NCBI GenBank assembly: GCA_002633005.1
Contig: NMRA01000230.1
Coordinates: 125,453-189,452 of the forward strand
Length of the DNA: 64,000 nucleotides
Direction of reading: 5' to 3'
Source of the DNA: Phoronis australis
Lineage: Eukaryota > Animalia > Phoronida
A program made the position numbers and the translations under genes. The notes beneath the pieces were generated by a model, which saw nothing but the letters and a program-made list of their open reading frames with translations, was not told where the DNA came from and made no database searches. Shown here one piece after another: positions 25,101 to 36,027 of the stretch (its first letter is position 1; each line of letters opens with the position of its first letter).

Positions 25101-28030
25101 GATATCAACTCTAGTGCAAACTGTAGTCCTGCGTTAACTGTCAATTTTGCGGATCAGAGTGTCCAATGGGTGTCTTCTTTTTGTTCTGTTGCAGAAAGGT
25201 ATCCTGACCAATGATGGTCAGCGTATCATGCCAGAGAAAATCATCAACCGATTCAAGGGCGACGTCATACCGGAAATGGCTGGTGAGTTATAACGACAGC
25301 AGTTTTCAAATAAATTGTTTTTTTTTATGCACCCACATATTTGTATGTGGACACAATATGCCGTCATCTCCGTCCATCCGGCGTCCGCTGCTCTATCTCT
25401 AAAATGCCTTGATGTATCTCCATGAAATTTTGCACAGGTGTTCCTTACGTGGATGGAACGGCATGAGCGAACATTCGGACGGATCCGATTGCCGGTGTGC
25501 CCCCTAGTGGCAATTTTAGTTCTTTACCTTTATCTCTGTATTTTCAAAAGTCGTGTACGGATTTTCATAAAATTTAGTAGTAATTTCTGGTCTAATAATT
25601 TCTTTTTCACCAGCCTGTCATATGAACAATTAACTCCTGTAATTACTGTTTGAAACTGAAATGTTTGGCCAACTTAGGATTGTGATTGATGCATTCTATA
25701 GTTTAGAGTACGTTATTTTTGACTTTCATTTTTCCATGCTAACAGTTGGGGTATGAGCCACAGGTTTTCGTCTTTACTTTTTCCATTTACGTTGGAATTA
25801 AGTTGCTTGTTGGAATTAAATGTGTATGTATTTGAGGTTGTCTAGATAGTCTGGGGATCGATTTTCAATTTTTTTCTAATTTTGTATTGTAATTATAAGA
25901 ATTGGAAATAAATTTATAGGTCTCTTTGCAGCAAATCAAGAATAAGCTCCTGCCACTCACATTGCAAATTTTTCATCATTATCTTTATTATTTTAATTTA
26001 AATAAATATCTTTTGTTGCATCTAACTGACTTCATTGTTGTTGCTGAAATAGATGTCAGGTACTGCTTAAGAGGAGTGCGTTAGCCAGCACGACACAGTA
26101 ACAAGGCATCTTGTGATACTAATGTTTACTTTCGATCTGTTGAGGTATGATTTAGATTGAAATGTGTATTTAGGGCCATAAAAATTTCCTCTTTTTTGTC
26201 ATGGGTCATTCAATGCTCTGCGTTGCTCTTGTTACTGTTTATGAAACAGTAGAGAGTAGAGAGTAGAGAGTAGGGCATTGTGTTATCTCAGCACTAATGG
26301 AGGCACTACCAAGATGCGGCCATTTTGCTGGGCTGCCCGCGTCACGCTCTATTGGTCACTGATTGGTCAATACACTCCAGTGGTTTGATTCTTGAAGAGT
26401 GATTAGCTGAAGACCCGAGTCATGAATTAAGTCTGAGGCGTCTGCTTCACAAGATTATTAGCACATCGCAGTAGAATTGAGTTAAACAATTAATGTTAAG
26501 GACTGGATAAAATTCTGTTGGAATTATTTAGTATCGGGGTTTGAAAAAAATGATTTTTTACAAATTTTTTACTGGTAATTGCCTTGGATGTTCATCGTGG
26601 CAAGGAAATTGAACTATTATGATTTTCAAATGCATTTGGTGGATACATTTTAAAGTGTTTTCCTCTTTGCTCTGATGTATAACCTCTTGTTTCCAGGGCA
26701 CCCTAAAATATTCATATTCCAGGCATGCCGGGGTGGGAAAGCCCAACCGGGTCATCGAGTAGATCAGGCAGGTGATGCTAAGCTTTCAGATGAAGAGTTC
26801 ATTGAGCTGGACTCTATGGAACATGTTGTGCCTGTGGACGCTGACATTGTGGCAGCTTTCTCTACCACTAAAGGTATAAGCAAAAGCGAATGTTTGTGTT
26901 CTGATATCGATGCAGTACTAGCCACTCCACTCCTGCTAACTCTGATTTACCCACAATGCTGCACTTCAGTAGGGCTAACATCCTGTTACTGCCATGTCAT
27001 CACTAATTTCTTATGAAATTTGGGTCACTTTTGTTCACTCTAATGCCAGTAAAGTTAAAGTGCTTACAAATATGTAAAGCTGAGTGTGGTTCTATAAGTT
27101 GTTTGTTTGTCTGACTCGGCTCTCAACTTAGCGTTTTCTACCTCCAGAGGGTTGAATTCGGGAAGTGGTACTTGAACCTAACATTTTGTGAATGGCATTT
27201 TTGTATCAAAATGTTTGTTTAGGACATTCTGCGAATCACGTAATCTGCATGTCATTTGCTTTTGTGTCACTGCATAACTGAACCTTCCACTGCCATCTGA
27301 TGAGTACACTGGGAATTAATGAGAACACAAAGCTGTGGCATTATCGTTTGTTCTTTTAACAATGCCATACAGCGAATCTCGAAGAGAATCATCAACTCTT
27401 TACTAACACTACTTATTATGTAATTTGACCTATTGCAATCTCTGCCCCCCTTGCGAAATGTCAGCAAACAAATAATAAGTTTTACCCAGCAACATGTTAT
27501 TTGTCGGGTAAAATAGCGGCTTGGAAACGAAGGTGTGTCAAGAATGCTGCATTCTGATTGGTCACTTAAGCCGTCACTCAAAGGCCTGGCGATAGGTCAA
27601 TTATGCCATGTACTAATAAATTTTTATACAATTCTTTAACCAGTGTGGAAGTGTATATCACAAACATTTTTAAGGCTGGTCCGCACGCCATCTGTTGGCC
27701 ACATTACGCGGTGTCCCTACAGATGGGGTGTTATGTTCTTAACATACACCGTGGGGCATACCACTAGAAATTCCTTGCTCATTTCCTCATTGTCGGTTTT
27801 CAGGGTTTGTTTCCATACGAAACATGTTCCTGGGATCGTGGTACATCCGTAACATCTGTAAGGTGTTCTCTGGATTCAAACAAGAGCATCTGCTGGACCT
27901 GTTGACTCGTGTTCATTACCAAGTCTCCGTACTGACAGCAACAATGCAGGATGGTCGTGTCATAAAGCAGATGCCTAGTTTCGAGTCAACCTTAACCAAG
28001 AAGATGTATTTGCACCATAGCCAACAGTAA
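16137..28030 (+). CDS. Caspase with a single DED-like prodomain (copy 1), ~379 aa; exons 16137-16246, 17208-17383, 20665-20712, 21504-21542, 22165-22245, 23659-23852, 25195-25282, 26697-26873, 27804-28030
   Basis: Death-fold N-terminus (LQKIKNMRELNTELQKQGTIGVGNYSAIYKILEKL). Peptidase C14 motifs: GLVCIINIMDF, RTGSDKD, FICFIFSHG, HPKIFIFQACRG, PVDADIVAAFSTTKGFVSIRN, GSWYI, KQMPSFESTLTKKMYL. All introns GT-AG, phases consistent (1140 nt). The two linker micro-exons are less certain than the rest. Confidence 0.9.
17631..18993. mobile_element. Possible non-autonomous DNA transposon in caspase copy-1 intron 2
   Basis: Imperfect inverted ends TACTGTATTCGCCCTAATAA versus TTTAATAGGCGAATA. Confidence 0.3.
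19589..19935. mobile_element. Palindromic MITE-like element with ~21-bp internal subrepeats
   Basis: CAATTGGTC..ACTTCAAAACCA...GCAAAACCAAATGGC on the left is mirrored by GCCATTTGGTTTTGC...TGGTTTTGAAGT..GACCAATTG on the right. Confidence 0.65.
23863..24050. mobile_element. MITE just downstream of the caspase copy-1 exon-6 donor
   Basis: Inverted arms TTAAGACAGAAATTTAGTCT / AGACCAAATTTCTGTCTTAA; not seen at the equivalent position of copy 2. Confidence 0.6.
25008..25140. repeat. 43-bp tandem triplication upstream of caspase copy-1 exon 7
   Basis: ATCTATTGATATCAACTCTAGTGCAAACTGTAGTCCTGCCTTA x3; a single homologous unit in copy 2 (~55765-55808). Confidence 0.9.
25320..25620 (+). mobile_element. 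Helentron/HINE (DINE-1-like) repeat
   Basis: T-run start, short hairpin CCACATAT..GTATGTGG, (GTCC)-like microsatellite, CATGAAATTT-type core module; similar to 28048 onward. Confidence 0.45.
27423..27602. mobile_element. ~180-bp MITE, family A
   Basis: TTGACCTAT...ATAGGTCAATT; homologous to 1867-2043. Confidence 0.8.
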
Positions 28031-28047
28031 CTGTTGCAGTTGCCATC

Positions 28048-29030
28048 ATTTTTTTACGCGCCCACTTATGCATAAGCGGGTGCATCATCTCCGTGGCATT
28101 CATATAGGTCGCATCTGTCGGTCATCCATTTTACCTCCACTACTCTATCTCCTTCGCCCCCAGTAACATTTTAAGAAATTTTGACTGGTATGTTGGCTAC
28201 TCCTGTGTCCCTTGTGGCAATTTTAATATTTTGGTTTCATTTTTGGAAAACACAACACAGTTACAGGGCATCTTGTGTTAAATAGCTTACTTTCGATCTG
28301 TTGTGCTATGGTTGTTTAGATTGCTATGTGTATTTGGGGCAGTAAAAATGTTCCTCTTTTTTGTCATGGGTCATTCGAAGCCCTGAGTACAGCTAATGTT
28401 GACTTTTGGACAGATCTGACTACTGCTGTGCCCCCTTGTGACTGTTTTGCATTAAGTTTGTGCATCTGTCTTTGTTACTTCCAAGTCCCAAGGTAAAGCT
28501 TCATGAAATTTGGCAGATCTGTTTTTGCCCATTGTTGTTTGGCTCCAGAATCCTCTGTTTCCTCCATGGTACTTGTAATGTTTTGGTGTCTGTTTTTGGC
28601 GTTCGCCTTTCTGTCTGCCAAACTGTTTGAAGAGTTATAAGAAACTCTACAATTGTGTATCTATTGACAGAAAGATGGCTGACATTGATTTTTGAACAGT
28701 TGCAACTACTGCCATGCCTCCTAGTGACAGTTTTATGCTTTTTTACATTAAATTTTGATTTTGATTATCTGCCAAAGTTTCGCAAAGGATCTTCATGAAA
28801 TTTGGCAGATAAGATTTTATCCAGGAGAGAACTGCACTTGCCCTATTTTTGGACTATTCTGACTGTTGCAGTGCTCTCTAGTTGCAATTTTATTATGATT
28901 TCTTAATGTCTGTCTTCCAAACCCTGTGAAGATTAATTAGGCAGACATGTCTCTAGCAGAGTGAGCCTAACTGGCATTTTATTGGATGAATCTGGCTGCT
29001 GCAGTGACTCCTAGTGTTAATTATTTTTTG
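28048..29030 (+). mobile_element. Helentron/HINE-like repeat with degenerate tandem modules downstream of caspase copy 1
   Basis: Hairpin CTTATGCATAAG after a T-run; recurring CATGAAATTTGGCAGAT modules. 28255-28380 is homologous to 26093-26215. Confidence 0.45.
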
Positions 29031-30816
29031 CAACAATCTCAATATCTACTAAGATTGTATTTGCCAATCTCATAAGGATGACTAGCACTGCCCCCTCCAG
29101 GCTTAACTTTAATACACTGAGTGTTGTTCAGTCTACGGTGTGAAAATGTTTGCCACATTGAGTACCCTTTGTGTCTTTGCCATTTGCGATGCACATGGTG
29201 AGCACATGTCAATGCTCTGCATTCCACTTGGCATTTTTTCAGTTTTTCTGAAATCTTGCTATGTGTTAGACACAGATGTTTTTTACAGAATGTAATGTTT
29301 TGCTAGAAAAATTTAAGGAGATGGGAAGCTGACTTTCAGTTTTATAAAAACTAGACAGTGGCGGTGAGACCGACTAGTGTGCCACCTAGTGGAGTGTGTT
29401 GTGTCTTTATTTTCTTACCTCAACAGTATTGGAGACTGGCTTTTAGAATGTGGCATCTTGTCTGACGTTGTAGCTCTGTTAAGACATCGGCCGAGCCATT
29501 AGTAAGATTTTTATTTTTGTTTGTATTGTATTCTCCCTATATATTTGTACTAAAACCCTGAGATATCACTAAATATTCTTTTGATCTTTTCATTTTTAAT
29601 CAGAATAAACTGCAGGTGATGAAGCAAGATTGCCTGTGTGCATGCTCTGTAACTTTAGGACATGTTTTCAATGGGGAACCTTGTTTTGTTTCGTTGAAAT
29701 GCATTTGTCACTTCTAGAAATAAATCATATTCTGAAACGAGGCAACTTCATTATGGAGTTGAAGAGCAGTATTTCTGACCCGTTAAATCATCTCCATCTT
29801 TTGTATTTTGATTTAAGTTGTTGCAAGTTTTTGACCTCAAGGAAATTGTCCATTATTTCTCTTCAATAATTCTTTAGTACTTTCATTAATGTACAGTAAT
29901 ATGTTAAGAGCCTCAATTTGTACTAACTTATTTTTGTATTATTCGCAAGTTGACTTTTTTAGAGCTTTGCTTAACTCACATTTTTTAGCTTTCGACCCTG
30001 TTTCAGAATGATTAGTGTGGTATCCATTTAAAGTTGACGAACCACATTGTTTGAAATTGATAGTTCACTAGAGGAGCAACACTGTGAGTATGAAAAAGAG
30101 TTTTGTGTTCAGGAACCCAGGTTTTAATAGTTAGTAGCTGTAACTAAGTGTGTTAGATTATAGACACAGTGTATTGTAATGTCAAATTGTTTTTGTAATA
30201 GGAAGTATTCCATTGGAACTCTTTAGTGTTTTGAAAACAGGAATACATGTTTCCTTTGGCCCAGTTTCTACTGCTGGTGTACCATAGAGTAACTGGGACA
30301 CTAGGAGCGCAATTTCTTTCTTCTACTGACATTTTGGGATGTTGAACATTTGTGTGGGATTCGTTTGATCGTCCACTGCAGAATAATAGCAGTGTGACAG
30401 ATAGGTGGCTGGGAAGACTTTAGAAATATTGCTGGGAAATCGCACTGCATTAAATCCCCATTCAAAAGTACGCCAACTGCTCCATCTGTTGTCATCTAGC
30501 AAGAAAGTCAGGATATGCGAAGAATAGACTGGCGGGAAAGCGGTGACGTCACGCTACTGCTTGTTCTATCAGAACGCATGTCCACGTATCATAGGCAAGA
30601 CGTTAGACTAAAGAGACATGTAATGCCACCTTTTGAGACAAAACTTTGTTTTGAAAGTGATTTGTGTTTGGATTCCTTTTCGGTGGCAGGTCGAGGGTGT
30701 CAAAAGGGGCCCCAACCACAATTGTTGAAGGAAACTTCAATCAATAACATACATGTAAGCCCTGTAATATTGGCTTGTGTTTGGTCGTATCCGTAGCTGT
30801 GAGGCCCGGACCCTTG

Positions 30817-31249
30817 TGCCCGGTTGCATGAAACAGTTCCAAATAGGGACTCAACTAAGGTCCCTAAATCTTTTCACGTATTTGTTTCGTTCTTCAGGCA
30901 CAGATATAATATTTTTGTTTATTTTATCTTTATTATGAGCTCTTCATTGACTAATGACATTTTCTAATAACATAACTAAAAACTGAGCCCTCATTTCAAT
31001 CAAAACAGTTGGGGACTTACTCCTTAAATTGGGGGCGTTGCATGAAAAGATCCCTACATATTTTCAATAATATTCAGAATTCAATCTAGATTTCACTCTC
31101 GATTTGTATCAAAGCCAAAATTTGGCATAGTAATAATATTCAAACAGCATAAGATAGGACAATCAGTGTTTTCACAAGCCTGCAAATACGCAGCAGATTC
31201 GGGTACCTTACTTGAGTCCCTATTCGGGAGTGTTTCATGCAACCGGGCA
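30817..31249. mobile_element. PIF/Harbinger-like MITE (~430 bp, ~55-bp TIRs) nested in a decayed repeat
   Basis: TGCCCGGTTGCATGAAAC...AATAGGGACTCAA.TAAGG versus CCTTA.TTGAGTCCCTATT...GTTTCATGCAACCGGGCA; 3-bp flanks TTG/CTG. Confidence 0.75.
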
Positions 31250-32679
31250 CTGAACCCCTAAATCCGCCTGTTTTAGTGTTTTAATCGGTTGGGTTTTTTA
31301 CAGAATGACAGAATGATTACTTTGAGGAATGTCCAATGCATGGATTAACAATTTATTACACGAATATCATTGGGCGTTCATCAAAAGCGGGGAGTCTGTG
31401 ACAGTAACCAACAAGGCTATTAGAAATGATTTTGAAATGGGTCGCAACGTCGTTCTTCTGTATAGAAACTCTTAATACTGCAAAAGGTTAAAAAATTGAA
31501 GCGTCTTCAACAACGTAAAAGAACTTAAGACATCCGGAAGGCTCGGCCAAACGGTTTGCACTCTCATGGAAACCGACTGCTAGACATACACATTTATCTG
31601 TACAGCTAGCTGGCAAACGTGGCGGCCAGAAAGGCTTGCGATTACCTGCTTGCGATTCTCTGTTGGATCCGTTAGAAGAATGTTCCGTGTAATCTCATAT
31701 TTCACCCTTGGGGGCTTATAATACGACAGTTGTCCAGAGACTGCATGTCCGCGACTGGGAAAATGAGTGTTGCGCTGCATTAAAAACCTGGACTGTGTGT
31801 TAACGAAGATGTCGTGATCTCGAACAGTGCTGCTCACAGTTTTCCCTTCTCTGGCTGCGTTATTAAGTTATATTATCCATTTTAGTCCACGCACCTTGCC
31901 GGACCGTGCACACAGCACTGGTACAAAGCGCACGCGTCTTGTTCATGCTCGTGTTTGAAATAAGTTTTGAAAGATATTGAATTTTTAGCCGCCCCCCGGG
32001 CCCACCCGGCGTCCTGTTTTTGCAGCGTCCCGGTAGGCTTAAGTTGGGGGCCAGCCCACAACTTGTATTTCTCTCGTTAAATATATTTATGTCAGCATAT
32101 AGATCATTCTTATGCACTCCTTTTTTTCTATAAAAACAAACATGACAGAAAAGAATGTAAGCAATGAGATCTAACAGTTTGTTTTCACTGCGATGATGAT
32201 ATATGTGTCGCTTTCTGAAAGGTACAACCCGGGCGGCGCAGTAGGCGATTTCACTCATGGAGCATACGCCAGCTAAATGTGTTGATGGTCTGCCGACTCC
32301 ACTCTGCGCTGGGCCGAAATCGTCGCTGTCCCCCGTGGCAGTGCCTCTGCAGTCGGACAAGGAGCCGAACGCAGGGTCTATGTTGTTCAGTTACTATCGG
32401 TACTTATCAGCCCAAAAATACACCAGCAACGTAAGAAACCCCAATATAACAAAATAGTGTGCACAGTTTTGGTACCAACAAAACAAAAGTATACCAAAAT
32501 TACTAGAACACACAGGTGGACATTATAATCTGTATCTGATCTGGAGAGAAATTGAAAACTGACTTTGAGTACTGAGCTAAGGGGATAGTGTTATTAACTT
32601 CAAATGTCTAGTTTTGACGAAATCTTTGATATGAGAGTATTAACACTACCAAAGAATAATTGCATGTATTCCAACTCAC

Positions 32680-33382
32680 CTTCACCGGGTTCATATAGGC
32701 CAAATTTCCAATTGCTCTTTGACAGCCGTGTAGTTGACTGACATCTCCACTTCAAAATCTTTTACTGGGTTTGATGCTGCCTCGTAATTTTCTACAAAGC
32801 CATGGATATTACCCCCAGTGTTTTTTGAAATACTTCACCCACTCTTTTTCTGTGGAGACACTCCGACAAATGCTCATATTTTCTTTGCTTGCCTGTGCGG
32901 TATGTGGGGAGAGCAGAGGGCCCCACTTTTCCAGACACTCAAAAAATCTGACAATGTTTATAAAAAATATTCAGATCTTCAATTTTTTTTCTAAGTGGAT
33001 GTAAATTGAGCTCGACCTAAATGAAAATAAGGTTTTATTCGATTTATTTATATTCATTACCATTTCATTGTAATCCTAACATTTTATTCATGTATTTGTG
33101 TATAATTTTTATATTTCTTTATTTCTTTATATATGCCTGCTGGCACTTTCTGTGACAATTTCATAATAAACATTAAAAAATTCTTTTACTGCAATTTCAT
33201 CTCCACAATCCATTGCACAAATAAGTCTAACGTCCAGCTGATCAAATTTTGGTAGCCGCGCGCTTTTGTCTTTCGTATCTTCTTTGTAGAAGAGTGTCTG
33301 GGAATCCCTGCACTCTAAAATTAGAATCATGATTTTCGACAACAGATGTCCTTGCTGCATACCTGGATTGGCTCGTTGACAT
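32680..33382 (-). CDS. Candidate spliced gene fragment of unknown identity; exons 33382-33363, 33307-33190, 32892-32680 (117 aa, 3' end unresolved)
   Basis: Phase-compatible open exons. 32892-32680 has a pyrimidine-rich acceptor (CTCTCCCCACATACCGCACAG) and a perfect donor AAG|GTGAGT. No recognisable domain. Confidence 0.3.
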
Positions 33383-35827
33383 TGTCCCGCTCCCCCCTAG
33401 GGAGCCACTGCGATAGTCAGGCAAACAGGTGAGCCCAAACAAATGCAAACATGAACTAGAGGTTAAACATGAACTTGCTCGACCTCCCTCAGGCTACACA
33501 AAACAGTACAGCAGAACGTTTTGAATACAGTACATTGATCGCAAGACAATGGCTTGAGCAAACTTTTCCCGATCAATGAGGGAAGCAATTCGACGAATCA
33601 CACAAACGACGAACAGATCTTGTTCAACAGGTCACTTTTGTACATAGCTACAGGTATACGAAAACCCGGACTCATCGATTGATTTTAGGCAAGTTCAGGT
33701 AAATGAGCTAACTATGTCTAGTATGTCGTGCATGAATTCAATACCGACAGACTCTCACAACAACCAGTTTTGCATGGGGGTAATTTTTGATGTAGTACGT
33801 GTATACCTTGTAAAAGCGACTCGGTGATTGTAGTGGGGAGGACTTTCTTCTTGAACCATTATGGCTGGTATAATCAAATCGCATAAATTCAAAACAATCC
33901 ACCGTTGTTATGACACGTTTAGCTCCGATCGGATGAATGTTTGTTTTTTGGGCGTACATGTATTTTATTGCAGCTCATAGCTTTTCTCCACTTTCACTTT
34001 CGGTTTTCGAAACGGGTCATTCGACAAAGCAGCTTCGGACGCGTATTTCAATTGATCGAAGGGCCAGTCGTCAGAGCCATTCCCTGAGAAAATCAAACGG
34101 AATAAAAAATTACTGTACGCGGTGTCATCTGTCAGATTCAGCTTAAATTTTGTGTATGTGATCATGGTGTAGCTCTGATCCTAATCACCAATTTCGCACG
34201 TATTGACCTCTTAGGCCTTCAAAGGTTCACGAAGAAAATGACATGTTTTTGCATACCGAAAACAACAATTTTCTAATACAAAGAACAGGTAGATCAAGCT
34301 AGGGAGTGGGACATAAGGACTACCAACTAAAATTTGTATTAATGAGTTCGCTCCCTTCATCACGTAACAGGGGCGGTAAATCAGCCAGTAAGCACTCTTG
34401 TAATCTTGAAAGTGGGTCTCACTCAAGTAATTCTACAAGCCAGTTTGCAGGGCTTCGAACATTGAAATTTGTGTTTTTGGATAGATCATGGATTTGTGCA
34501 CAAATTTAAGAAATCTCTTCAATGGGCTTTTTTCATTTTTTTTAAAAATGACCCAATTTTGGGTATTCTGCACTTTTTAAACGAATGGTTTTGTAATTTC
34601 GTTACATTTAAAATGGTTTCAAGAAAGTTAATTAATGGGAATAAATATTTTAGGAATCATAATGCTGTCTGACATATCCATATTTCCATTTCACCCATTC
34701 AGCGTTCATAACTGACCGTGGGTCAGAGATTACACAGGCACAAGTGATTACAAAATTGCCTGGTGCCAATACACAAAACGGTTGACGACCTTAGAAAAAA
34801 AATTTACATGTTGGCTGACATGAATAATTCATGTGATTTTAGTGAAATATTCCGATTTGTGCAATATTTCAAGGCAAAACAAACGGAAAGGCTATTTTTC
34901 ATTTTCTTAGTCAGACAGCAAACTGATGAAAAATATCATCGGAAATTACCAACATCCCGCAAACTGGCCCAAAAGCACCTCAAAAATGACTAAAAATCAA
35001 AGACACAAAATTAGGCACAATTTACTGAATTTTGGCACTCCATTGAAGGCTAACGGAAAGCCCTTTGAAAATTCAAAGACTGCCCTCTGATATAGAGGTT
35101 CAGTGTCTACGTAAAACATTAAAAATATGTTTTACTTCCCATCTTTTAAGCCGTTTTAAAACAACTTCATTAACTGAACCTTTTTGAAACAAAAAATGAG
35201 CTATTTTGGTCCAAAATATTCATTTGGATCTAACTTAAAAATCAATGGCCCAAAATTTTTCAAATAAACGTTTTGAACATACCCCACCAGGATGAATGTT
35301 TTTATTTTTAAAGATCTGAGTCGGTAACCCAAAATCGACTTTTCGGGGCTCGCGTGGAATCACAGTTCAGTACTGCAAAAATTTAACCCAATTTCAATTT
35401 CTTATCAAAGCGTTAACAAAGCTATTTAGAACCATTAATTCAAAAAATGTACAAAAGTCCAAAATATGAAGGCAATTGGGGAAAATGTCTCATCGAAAAT
35501 CCTTCTCGCAAGTGCTTGAAAGAAACACACACTTTGTGTGTCAAATTTCACTTCACTTCTGACGTTCGACTTCAATAGTTCCAGTTTCGAATAACCCATA
35601 GAATATGAGGTACTAACGGACTTTTGTTTTAACATCTCCAATCTCGGTGTCTTTTTTAACAGTATTGAAAGACGGGTTCTCTACATCTTTTTAGAATTGC
35701 AATTTTGCATTCTCCTCTTCTAAAATGGATTCTGGACCTTATCGACAAGTCTAAGAAAGTCAAAACTTAAATAAAGAGACGTTAGAGTTTTATTCCTTTA
35801 AAATATCATGTAGTGAAAAATTGCTGT

Positions 35828-36027
35828 CGTAGTGCATGCGCGCACCCAACCTAACAATGGGGGGGCTCGAATTTTTGGGAATGTGCACTTTTTACTAAAA
35901 AAAGGAAGTACGATTTTGGTAGTCTTTACCTTTTTAGTGGGCTTATAGGTATGTCTCGTTATCTCAGACTCCTTGTTTCTCTGAGGCGGACCTTTTGCTC
36001 ACTTCGCCGAAAGGGGGGGGGGGTTCA
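35828..36027. repeat. Interspersed repeat fragment, second copy at ~54345-54590
   Basis: TGCATGCGCGCACCCA...TGTCTCGTT.TCTCAGACT...TTCGCC.AA.GGGGG is shared between the two loci. Confidence 0.7.

Noticed and set aside
24990-25140. Tandem repeats here and at 9571, 45869 and ~57024 as CRISPR-like arrays
   Set aside because: No unique spacers, eukaryotic context, no cas genes.
25199-25206. GTATCCTG in caspase exon 7 (also at ~55855) as a U12 donor
   Set aside because: It lies inside conserved coding sequence (GILT.DG) and lacks the TT of the U12 consensus.
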